Below, piece by piece: positions 28,497 to 39,900 of a DNA stretch of 64,000 nucleotides. The position numbers and the translations under genes were made by a program. Origin of the DNA: Klebsormidium nitens (taxonomy: Eukaryota > Plantae > Klebsormidiophyceae); assembly GCA_000708835.1 (NCBI GenBank), contig DF236971.1, forward strand, positions 248,001-312,000. The letters are read 5' to 3'. The first letter of the stretch is position 1; each line of letters starts with the position of its first letter. The notes under the pieces were generated by a model. That model searched no databases and had not been told where the DNA came from. It saw nothing but the letters and a program-made list of their open reading frames with translations.

Positions 28497-29334
28497 TTAG
28501 TACGGCGTACACATAAAGTCCGATAGATACACCGTAGCACTTTTCTCATTGAGCGGCCCAGGGATTGCCCTGGACTTGGGATGGTAAACCCTCAATCTGA
28601 TGACCGTGACTTCCGGTCCCGGGGTGGGGACATCCCCGGCCGCGTAAGTCTTGCTGCTGAGGAGTAGGCCAGCCTGAGTGCCTCCCAGTAAACCTGCCCG
28701 GGGATCCACGTGAAGGAGACGAAGAGGGGGGGAGTCGATGTGGTAACGGGGGGTGTATACCATCTCTGCGGGCGGAAATAGTGTGCGGTTGAGGTCTAGG
28801 TTTAATGGGCTGATGTACAGTTCTGATGGCCTGTTCGGCATGTCGTCATTCGTTGGTTGATGGAGAGGGAACGCGGAGAAAAGCGGGTTAAATTTAAGAA
28901 CGGACTGGCGGTTTGTGGGCGGTCTATGGACAATGTGCTCCATTTGTGGCCAACCAGAAAGAGATTCGACGGCATCTCCTTCCAACTTGCAACAAAGTTT
29001 CCGGGAGACGAAGCGCGTTCCAGAACTCACTCAATCTTCAAAAAATAACTAAAGCAGAAAGGTCAGAGGCCTCAAAGAAACTTTCAAGTCTCGAACTCAA
29101 AATCACAACAAAAGATGGTGATCCGTGGATCTCGCCTGCAGGTGGCCAGTCGCATTGAACGGCTGAAGAACGAACTGGCGTTCGTCGGGTCCCTGGAGGA
29201 GACAAGCCGAAGCGGCCGAACTCGATGTCGATCTCTCCGTGATTCTGCTCAGGATCTCCATGGCGTATGTGAACAGGCCGAGGATGACGTTGGTTTCGAG
29301 ATACCCGACGTCAGACGTCACTGTCCACTCGTAG
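28497..29334 (-). pseudogene. Frameshifted, apparently 5'-truncated GH16-like glycoside hydrolase (2 exons)
   Basis: Exons 29334-29136 and 28765-28497. Switching frames gives YEWTVTSDVGYLETNVILGLFTY..DPEQNHGEIDIEFGRFG..DPTNAQFVLQPF..FVSFTWIPGQVYWE..SKTYAAGDVPTPG..ATVYLSDFMCTPY*. This needs four single-base insertions. Confidence 0.65.
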
Positions 29335-30134
29335 CTGCAATTACGGAACGGAAGATCATCGGAAAGCAGGTGAAGTGTCGCCTGAGGAACGAAGTCGAAG
29401 GTGGAGTTTATCGAGATTAGGACGGGTTGAGTACCAGTCCAAATCCGAACAACACAGTTAAGCACGTCGGGAAAGGGGTTAAGAGCGGGAACACAGCCGA
29501 TGGACGATCTACCCGAATTTTGATCGTTTAAAAACAATGATTGAATGCACTTGAACCTAAGCTGCTTTCTGCAGCCGGCCCAGTGGCATGCACCGGATCT
29601 CAGCGTGCTAAAATTAAGCTGTGCATGTGTCCCTTGGTATCTTGATCATTTGACAATCGTTTTTGTCATGCATGACCCTGTCTTCATTACAATCATTAGA
29701 AGGCTGGGTAGGCGCGTGCCGGCCTGCATAAGTATATGTGTAGTGACGGAAAGCAACCACCATGTATACGATCTGGAAGACTCGAGACTTGCGCAATCCT
29801 CTTCGAAAACATCTTTACCTGCATGCACGCATCAATGCAGTTTAATGAGAAATTCATGTCCGGCCAATGGCATGCAACATTTGATAGGCGTTCCGATCGA
29901 AAAGGCTGCATCTTGAACCATCATGAAGACCACCTCAAGCAGCTAGGCGGGCTGACTGATTTTGCCGATCCAAAGACAGCCATGTGGAAGTTCATGTCGC
30001 CAACCTGGTTTGATGTCTTTCCGCAACTCGCGGAAAGAGCGAAACAACATTATCGATACTCAACTTAACAATTTTATTGTTGCACAAATGATACCAGCGA
30101 CCAAAATGGTGGGAGTGAAGCAAGCACTAAGAAC

Positions 30135-33100
30135 CTAGCGTAGGTCGTTTTCCTGCTCGCTCTCATCGACAGCGTCATCCTGCGGGGCTGGCACGTCCCC
30201 AAAGTCTAGCGTCTTCGGCGACCCCATTAGCGACTTTGCACCGGGTGACGTCGCCTGGTAGCCGCCCTCCCGTTCCTTCCGCGCCGAGCCGCCCTCCCGC
30301 CGTTTCGTTGCGGCGGGTGCTTTTTCCGCTGCGAGTGGGGCGTGAACTAAAACCGGCATCGCCCATTCGGCCCTCTCGATCCTATCCTGCTGTGCCCGCC
30401 TATCTAGTTTCGCTCCGTCCGTTCGCGCCTGCGGCGACGCCAAAAACTCGAAGCGGAGCGTCCACTTGACGTCGACCAGGGGGGTCGTAAATGACTGTGG
30501 GGCGTCCCCCGGGATGGTGAAGATAAAGTGGGTGTGAATGAGGTCGGCGGACAGCTCGTGGTACTCGGTCTGTACCTTTGGGATGATTTGAGAACCGGAG
30601 GGGCCGCGGCGGGAGGGGTGCAGGAAGGACGGGGTGACGATTTCTTGCGTTTCGAGCGTCACTGACACCTGCGGATGGAGGGAGACAAGGACAGGGTCAG
30701 CAGAATCATAAACGCGGCGCAAAATGGTGAATTCTTTAAAGCCAATCTGGTTGAGAAAGTCGAATGGGTGTCGAGATCTACGGAAGCAACCCACGAATCT
30801 GAACCGCAGCATCTCCGCATGGCCTCTTCAAAACGTGGACAGAACAGAACAGAGGAGTAAACGCCGTTGTCCGACAGCCGCAACTTTGTAGGAGATCGTC
30901 TCGACATTCCGTCGACTACAGACTATGTCAGTCGGCATCAGTGTTAGGTTGGCTAGGGTGAAGCATGCCGTGTGTGTGAAGTCAGCTTTGTTCAAGAAAC
31001 AATTCTTTGACTTGGTTCATTCCTATAGTCTTAATCTTCTGTTTGGGTAGCTCAGTTGGTTAGCGAAAAGGACTGAAAATCCTTGTGTCGGTGGTTCAAG
31101 TCCACTCCCAGACAAGAATGGCTCTTCTCGCCTTGCGTGGGAGCAGTCAATTATAGCTCTTACACTAGATGACCCCAGGTGACCAGAGCCCCGCCGGCAC
31201 AAATCCGATACCGGGAGAGAAGACGAGAACAAGGAATCGGTAAGAACATGGACAGAGAAAGGGGCAGGAAAGGAAAATAGCAAACAGTCCGACCTTGAGA
31301 CATCGCCGCTCGCCGGGCCGGTGGTCGCTGAAGTCTAGGGTTCCCGAGACTGCGTCCCCCAAAGTGTAAACAGGCTCCGGGTTTCGCGGAGAGAAGCGGA
31401 CCAGCAACTGGTCCCCTATTCGGATGTTGTACGTCCTGCAAAGAACGGCCGTCCATTGAGGACGCCACCGTCCGAATGTTTGAAAGCAAAGGTCCTCAAG
31501 TAAAAGCAATAAAAGATTGCAGTGTTGACGCAGCTCTTCCTCACTGCAGAAAGACTCAGGCAACGGAAAGCAACCTTCCAACCCATGCATCTCCGACGCT
31601 CCTTGTAACACACCAGACGCGTCTACTAAGAGACAGAACAAATGCGCAGTGGATACATCCGCAAGTGCTAGCCGTCAGGTTAATTGCGCTGTGCATCGGA
31701 CGGAAAGAAGCCCAGCGAGCGTCCATTTGAGCAGTCTCCAATCGAACTTCGACCGCGAAAAGAGGGCGTGAAGACGGCGCAATCCTGCAAGTACTCGGTC
31801 TTGGCAACCCGGTTTACAGAACCAAACAGGCGGCCGCTCTCTGCTTGAAAGGGTGAAGGAACCTCTTGAAAATGCTCAGTTACCTTCCCCTTATAGCGGA
31901 GAGCAAAGGCGAGGGGGGCGGGGAGGACATGTCGTCTGAGTCGTTCCGCGCTAAGATGCCCGGAGCGGGCGGAATGGGGGTGCTAGTGAAAGCGCGCAGG
32001 TCGAGGGAGCTGGCCCGCTCTAGTTCGGGGGTGCCGTTGCCGCTCTTGGACGCAATGGGGGCGTCCGCCAGCTCTGAGAGTTAGGGTGGGAGAGGATGAG
32101 GGAGATCTTTAAGCAGGACGTCCGGAGAGTTACTAAAGATAATGTCCTGGCTTCCTTACTCGCGGTTCCTCTTCCTGATTCAATCAAATGATTTTCTTGT
32201 TTCTTCTTGCCAATTGGCATCCAGCGGAAACCCATACTGTGGACACTTACTTTCCTGAGGGGAATGAGAGGTGAGAACAGCAGTGGACTCCGTCACAGAT
32301 CGGCAGAAGCAGTCTCAGGGCAGCCTTGGATGACGAGAAGGACTCGACATCCCATTCTCGCCAAGCTCGCAAACCAGGGATTGATTCCCGGACGTTCAAT
32401 GTTCTCGTGACGGTCTTAGAAGTCACTGGCAAAGCTCAACCCAGCAGTAAAGCAGGATGAGCGACGAGAGCGGGCACCCTTATGGCGTGGACCGTGGGGG
32501 ACTGTTCCGTGGAGATAACAAGAAAACGAACAGACTCAAAAGAGTCGTGCCTTGACGTTGGAGGCCAGTTTCGGAGCACGTTGCACCAACTCTTGACAGG
32601 GACCAACAGACCGTGCTAGGAGCCACACAGCTTCACACCTTGCGAAAACACACTGCGATTGCCATTACATTCATTAGAGCCAGAATGAGCAGTCAAGCCG
32701 CGAACCAAAGCGCAGGCAAGAATGGACAAGCCGAAAATCTCAACGAAGGTTTCGAGAATAAAGTGGTTATACCTGTGCCGTTGGACTGCGTGCGGGATGC
32801 GGGGATGCTTTGCGACCCTCCTAGGAAGAAGGCTGAGGGGGATCCCCGTGAATCCAGTGGAGATCCGGGGGGGAAGGGTGTCCGGTCGACCGGCAAAGAA
32901 ATTGCTCTCAAGGTTGGGGACTTGGCGGGGACTTCTATAGGCTGCGAGGCGGAGGCTTCGTTTCGGGGGGGTGGATCACCGTCGTCTTCCTCCCCCCCGG
33001 AGAGGGCCTCGGCAGCAGCAATCCAATTCGACCGGGCGGTCTTTTCGCGGCAGAGGATGCCAATCTCGACCGGGCTGGTCGGGACGATGCCTGGAGAATT

Positions 33101-35631
33101 GAAGTATCGGGTTATGAGTAAAAGAGAGCCCGTCGCTCACAAAGAAAAACTTCTCGGCAAGACTTGGCAAAGGCAAAAGGCAAAGCCGAGGGCCTTGACG
33201 GAGGGGAAACTGACCCGGGCAATGCCGCCGATGAATCCACAAGAACCTATTGCTCTCAAGAGGAGCTGCCGCAATGGAACAAGGGAGGGTCTCGGGCAGA
33301 AAGCGGGCCAGAGAAGAAGGGGACGAAGCGGAGATGGGTGAAGGATCTGAAGCGGCGGATGTGGATGCTTTTTCAATCTTAGAGCGCCTGAGCAAACCAA
33401 GCGATTGGTGAACGGCTTGTTCGAGGCTTCTCAAAATATGGACTTTTGCAAAAAGTCTGATCAGGCTTGCATAAAAGGGCAGCATATGCTTGACCAAATG
33501 GAGCAATGTCTGTTGAAGATGGACTCCGCTTCTTTCCACAGTGCTCTTCAAGCGAAATCAAAAGCATGGACGCTTTGGCAAGGCGGTTCTTGCCAAAGGA
33601 CGAAATCGAGGAGCTGCGACTTGGTGTGACAGAAGCGAAACCACCAACGGCCGGTCTGCACGTCAAGAAGGAGCAGCCTATTGATACTTTAAAGTGATGC
33701 GCTTGGAGACTGGGTATCCGATTGCTGATACAGAGAGTCAATGCATGGGATCAGATACACCCGCCGTAAAATTTGACCAATTCGAAATAAGTGCAAACAA
33801 GTTACTACACTCAACGGCCACATCTATCCTTGAGAAATTAGGCGCCGCAGAAGCTGAATGCATGTCTAGATTCGTAAAAAGTGGAAACAAGAGAGTAGGA
33901 AAGCGCACCACCATCTTCGTAGAGCTCGATGCCATCCTCCGCCTCCTCGCCGAGCCCGCTCGCGCCTGGCAGGCTCCAAACTCTGAAGGGCGCCCGTTCG
34001 ACCTGAAACAGACGGGGTCTGGTTTTGGGTCCAATCTCACGATGCCATTTCCGACATTTTGGAACGTTTAGCGAGAGATGCAGCCAACCAAGCGAGCCTG
34101 CAAAATGCACCCCAGCTTTCCCGAAAAACGAACAGTGTGCCGCAGTTTCTCACCACTGGGAGCGTGCTCTGTGTAGGCTGAACGGAGCTACTGGGGTCGT
34201 CAGCCGCCATGACGACAGGCCCATAAGTGACAGTGACGACGATGAAGTAAGCATAGCGCAGAGCGGTGCCGCGGTAGGATGGTGGCAGGACTTTGGGGAG
34301 AGTGGCCCTAATTGCCCCTGTGAGAGATGACCACCGAAACATAAGCGTGCGAATGAACGGTCAGTAGATGTCTACTGATGTCTGATACCCCTTCAGACAA
34401 TCAGTCAATATCTGAATACCCCTGCAAACAATCAGGAGATGTCCGACTACCCTGCAAACGATCAATAATTCACTGATTGCCCCTGCAAACGATCATTGAG
34501 TTCTGATTACCCCTGCAAATGTTGGACAGCGTTCTGAGCAGAAGACCAAGCAGTAGATGAATATTGTCAACGCTGGGCGGTGTGCGATAAGGATGCAAGC
34601 AGATGGAGAGCGACAATATGAGAGAGGAGACTCCGAGAACGGCAGTGAGTCACTCGGACGGTATCTCCTGATGTGAAGAAGCCCCCTGAGAGAATGCTTC
34701 TTTTACTCGAGCTGCAACATCCAGGTGACCTCGGCTTCTCACATTTTTGTAGCCAGCAAGCAATTGAACAAAAGGCCGCCAGGCATGTATCCAGGAAGGA
34801 AGAAGTACAGGGATCGTTGAAGAAGGGATGGTGCTGAAACGAAATTGGCGGTGTTTCTCAAAACTCACATGTTTTGGTGCCTCCTGGTTTCAGAAGCAGG
34901 TTTGAGGCAAGAGGTGTCACCTCGGATGTCAGGATGAGCCGCTCTCCTGATGATGGAGACAAAGAGAACAAGTGTTAGCAAACATGATTGGATCATCTCA
35001 CTGCCAAATGGCACATGCTGCTTATTTGTCCCCAGTGTTTGCTTCTCATAGATTGTTGACAGGGCGTTGAAGGGTCTGGTTCAGACTTGACACATTATTT
35101 GACATCTGCACTCTACTGACAGTAGGCAAATACGAAGACTTGCACCATTGGCACTGCAGTGAACGCACTGCAACTTTCAAGAATTCAGCTCAACCAATCA
35201 CTCGATGCGACTCCATATCTATCCTGCGGCGCAAGGCGCCACCACATGCCCCCCCAATTCCACGCACGCTTCTATTGCACTTCAGCAGACGAAGCACACA
35301 GCAGGGCGAATTGCTTACCCCTGCCACCTCCACCCCCGCTGACCTTTGGCGTCATAATCCATGTCGGATCCACCTTCTCCATCCCCCTGATCTCCACAGA
35401 CACGTCCTTGATAAGCACCGCATGCTGCAAGTCTGCCACGGCCGAGCTCTGAGAACCACCGTTTGGCGTCCTCGCCTGAGAATGCTGCACAAACCGCTCA
35501 TTGTGCACGTCGATGGAAGCGATCACTTGCTCCCCAGGGCGATACGCCGGTCGGCCTACCGTGATCCTGACGGAGGGCGGAGGGGAGGCGCTGCTCTTGG
35601 GAGGCGGGCCGGCAGACTGAGATTTGAACAT
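30135..35631 (-). CDS. RGP1: RGP1 (Rab6 GEF complex subunit) homolog, multi-exon
   Basis: Exon motifs RITVGRPAYRPGEQVIASIDV, GERLILTSEVTPLASNLLLKPGGTKT|WAIRATLPKVLPPSYRGTALRYAY, YNIRIGDQLLVRFSP..GDAVSGTLDF, and FTIPGDAPQSFTTPLVDVKWTLRFEF. Confidence 0.85.
31041..31114 (+). tRNA. trnF: tRNA-Phe(GAA), mitochondrial type, probably a NUMT-derived pseudo-tRNA in an RGP1 intron
   Basis: Acceptor stem GTTTGGG/CCCAGAC. Anticodon stem AAGGA/TCCTT with loop CTGAAAA. T arm GGTGG-TTCAAGT-CCACT. D-stem 3' side is GCGA instead of GAGC. Confidence 0.8.
34382..34520 (-). repeat. Five ~30-bp tandem copies of a splice acceptor plus first exon bases in an RGP1 intron
   Basis: CTGA.TA/GCCCCTGCAAAC repeated. 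On the minus strand this is TTTGCAG|GGG(T/C)AATCAG, resembling the real acceptor CTCACAG|GGGCAATTAG at 34318. Confidence 0.8.
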
Positions 35632-36936
35632 TATGGCGTGTCTCTAGAAGGCGCCTGCACTGAGCTGGGTAGCTGCATTTCCAGGTTGCGGGGCCTTTGA
35701 TGATTTGAGCGTTTTACAAACTAAACATTAGAGTGCCACTAAGGATGCACTCACAAGCCAGCAGGTTGTTCCCCTGTGAAGTGAATCTGTTTGGCGGGAA
35801 CTGAGACCGCCGCCCGATCACAGGTGCTCCTGCCACTCCAGAGCTGGCTTCAACTTTATAGAACTTACATCACAGATTTATCCCACTCACTGAACTGCGC
35901 TGATGCAGCGAATCGAGGCAAGGTGCAACGTTCAAGCGCCCTAAATTCCTACTCAACGTTCTGAGAATGTCCCAAACAGCAGAAGAGAACTGGACAGAGA
36001 AGACGCCTCCGATCACTCTCATCTGCACAAGCTTCTTGAAGCAGAATGTGAGTTGGAAGTGGGCTGATGATCGCTGATCAATGACATATTTTGTTGTATG
36101 GCTGCAAAAATCTCATTGTATCTCGTGAAAGTGGTGGGTTATGCTCCGAGCTGCCGCGGTAGACCCTCATAAGAGTACAGGAAAGCAGGCGCGTACGGTA
36201 TACGGTACAGCCAGGGGGACCAAACGCCCCAGGTAAATAGGTTAGCAACATGAACAGTGTTCCAGCAGCCAAACGGCTTATTGCCCGGAACCGAAAACTG
36301 GTGGGATTGAACCTCCACAGGGTCACCTTCGAAACCCCGAGGTTTCGTGTCCGGGCAAAACGCCGCTCAGGAGATGTAGAGGGCTGGTTTAGGTGGGTTT
36401 CACAGGCAAAAACCCATTAACCTTCTTCTAACAATCTTCTTAACCCTCTCCTGAGACCAACCGAGGACCGCAGCGGCCTCGGGACATCAAAATGAACCAA
36501 TCTTGACCGTCAAAGTGGAAAATTTCTCATCTGACGGTGCGGTACACGGTTCACGGACTTTGAGTGGCGTTTGGTCCCCCTAGGTACAGCCGAGACTGGC
36601 GTGGACTGGGGCCTTCTCAATCCAAATTTAGCTTTGGCCGAGTGTGTTTTTTTATTTTCGAAAGCATGTATATAAGTGCACTGATAGAACGGCTATAAGC
36701 AAAGAAGACACAGGCATGGTCTACATAACCGGGCTGCCTTCGATCCGCTATAAAGTATAAAACAGTCTGCTACAAATTGCGAATGTGGAAGACATCTTCT
36801 GAACATGAATTTTGGACCTTTAATTGTAGGCAAAAAGTAGGGGCAAAAAGTCGAGCTGCTCGTGCATTTCAGGTTGTTTTCAAACAAGGTCTACCGTAAT
36901 AATATTAGGCTTGAAGCAAGGAAGGTTAGAGCAGCA

Positions 36937-39900
36937 ATGGAGGCTGCTGTCTCCCCTTGTTAGAAAGAAGGACGAACAGAAGACTGGAAGATCAGTAGAT
37001 TGTGCTCCTTGCAGCTGCCAACTCTCCAGATGCCGCCGTTGCTCCACACGAAATAATGCGCTCTCCTCCTGAGCTCATCATGCAAGGGCCAGCAGAGAAA
37101 GTGCCTGCTGAGGCTGGGGCACTGATGGGACATTTGAAGCAAGCATTGAAGTGCGTCTTTCTAGAATCAGCCCATGTATCAGGAGCAAATGCGAAGCCTG
37201 CTGCCGAAGCGGCTCTCGAACGTGCGGTTCCGACAGTGGAAGGATTTCTTAAACTAGCCAATGCGGGTTCAGCCAGCAACGGAGACACGCACGCAACGCA
37301 GCTTGGCGGAGAAACCAGGGCTTTGAACGGCAACAGGGACGCCGCGTCTGCAGCTCCCCTAGCGATTGGCATTCTTGGCGGAACCACAACGCTTCCTGGC
37401 AAACTCTCTGCCGTGGCAAACCTGTGTAGCATTCTAGAGCAGATTCTGCAGCATGGCCTCCGCCCAAGCGTCTCGGAGGGGGGCTACGGACTCATCGGGG
37501 GGGTCATGGGGGGCTGGCGGAGAGCCCCCTCCCAGCAGCCGCCCCCAGGTGCCTGGCGTTTCCTGGAGGCCGTGGTTGCTGCGCAACCTGCCGGCGGGGC
37601 GTTGGCTCAACCGAGGGAGGTTACAAGCGCAACCGAAAAGTCAACCGAAGCCGCAAACCCCTCAGCAAACGAAGGGACAGAAGATGCCGTTTCAAGTGGC
37701 AAAAATGGTGATTTGACCGCCTCTTCATCTTCTGGGGGGGAATGCGCAGGGGTTAGAGAGGGCTCCCATTCCTATCCCCCACTCGCTAGTGGCCTCGCGC
37801 AAATCAGAGCGGTTGCTGGGACCTCAACCGACTCGGTTAGACTTCAGGCGTTACTTCGTCTGGGACTCAGCTGCCGCTGTCTAGGGCCGTGGTTAGCAGA
37901 AGCGCTTTTGTCTCCGACTGCGCAAGGGGCGTCCGGCAAGGGGGGTTTGTTGGCCCAGCTGTACGACGAGATTGCGTTTGTGCGCAGCCATGATAACGTG
38001 GAAGCGTTAGTGGCCACGATGATGGCCCTGGGGCCGCTGCGTTTTGACGGTTTGGAAACGGGGTTTAAGGAGGGTTCGGGGTTGGTTAGGGAGTCGGGCC
38101 ATGCGACGACCGAGGGGCCGGCGGACGCGCCAGGTGGTGCCACGGGAGCAGGCGTTTCTGAGGGGCTAGGGTCTGGGGCGAAACTTTCTGAAAGCGGCCA
38201 GAGTGCTGGAAAGGCAGCAGTCTCAGCGTCAGGTAAGGCCTGCTTTATGGAAGAAGCGATGACTATTTTGATAGAAAAGTCACAGGGCCGTTCTTCGCAC
38301 CTTGTTTCGCTGTCGAACTTTTGCGTACATCAGGGCTCTTATTTATTTTCTGCCAGGCATTGTCCAAGAAAGACTAGCAAAATTACTCTTCTTTTCAAAG
38401 GAAATCATTCTTATTCAGCACCACTGTCAAGTTTAGACGAATAGGCTTCAATCCCAAAGTGCGATCGGTGTGTACATCTTATCAAGCACTGGGGAACTAG
38501 CGAAGGATCCACCACAAGATTCTCACCACTTTGCCTGCCACTGGGTTCCGAAGTCATGTTCAACCTTTTTTTCTTCCATCCAGGTGGCGTGCTTAACACC
38601 GGCTGGTCCACCCTGACCTCCGTTGGGACTGGCGCAGCTTCGCTGGTGTTAGAAGGCGGCAGCGCTGCCTCGGGCCTGTGGAAAACTGTCAACTCCACGT
38701 CTCAAAACTGGGGCACCTTTGCGGCCTCGCGTGTGCTCCCGAAACCGGCCCCTGCTTTGAGTACTGGGCCCAAAACCGCGTCGCCTATTGGGGTTCACAA
38801 CAGCATCACAGAGGGGGGGCAACTTGGCAAGGAAGGCACCAGCTCTCAAGCCCCCCAAACGGACGGAGCCGGTGTCCGGGAAAACGAGGAACTCACTGCT
38901 CCTCTGGAGGAGAATTCGAACGAGAGTAACGGTTCGGAACCAGCTGGGTCTATTCTGATTCCGGGTCAGGATATGAATTTGCAAACTGAGGTGTCCAGAA
39001 AAAGTACCGGAGGAGAGAAGCAACCAGATCTTTCCCAGCCAGGGTCGTTTCTCCCGACGGTGGCCAATAAGGCCGCGACAGCTGTCACGGCGGCGGCCTC
39101 CACCATCTCTGAAGGTTCTCTTAAGCCCATGTTCAGTTACCCCTTCCGGCGGCCCTCCTCCAGCGGGGGGGCAGAAGCAACTGGTCGGCCCCCAGTCGCC
39201 TTACCCCCCACAGAGGCCATGACTACGCCCGGTGCTGGCATGATCTCTGAACGGCTCTCTTCCGCAAATGAAGCGATGCCCGCCAACTGTGCAGACGATT
39301 TGGAGACAGTGAAGCCCTCCAACTACGCTGAGACCGCAACGAGATTGGGCTTTTTCTTCCCATTTCAACGGCCGTCTTCGAGCGATGGGGTGGGGGACAG
39401 GGGCACTTCGCAACCGGCTTCAAAACCCTTCTGGCGGCGCTTCTCCAGTGGGAGCGAGCCAACAAGCAGCGGGTTTGACGAACTGTTTCCAGAGGCGGAG
39501 TTCGGTAGCAACGAGAACGGGGAGGTTTTGCAAGCGGGGGTGGCGGACGGGCGGGAGAAGGACGGTTTAGATTGGCTGAGAGCGGAAGAGCACGTCGGGG
39601 GTTTCGATCCCGGAGGGGGGTCGCTTACGGGTGGAGGTAAGCAAAGAGAAGAGGTTCAGAGAGAGATTCTTGCAGAGGGACACGGCGCTAATCGAAGCGC
39701 GTTTCAGGGACTTCGAGGTCGAGGAGCGGCCCCTGCTGAGCAAAAGGGGGCTGAAGAGCTGACAGGCAGCCACTCAGCGGCATCCGGAAGCAGAAGCGGT
39801 GCGTTTGAAAAGTCAGGAATGGGCACGGGGAGCCAAAAAGGGGCGTCTGAAACTCGGGGAGGGGCGTCCGAAAGTCAGAAGGGGTTTTTCAATGATTGGG

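Noticed and set aside
29736-30068. 110-aa plus-strand ORF between the GH16 remnant and RGP1
   Set aside because: It has no recognisable motif or gene structure.
34382-34520. CRISPR-like short repeat array
   Set aside because: There are no unique spacers of regular length, the context is eukaryotic, and the units match a neighbouring splice acceptor.
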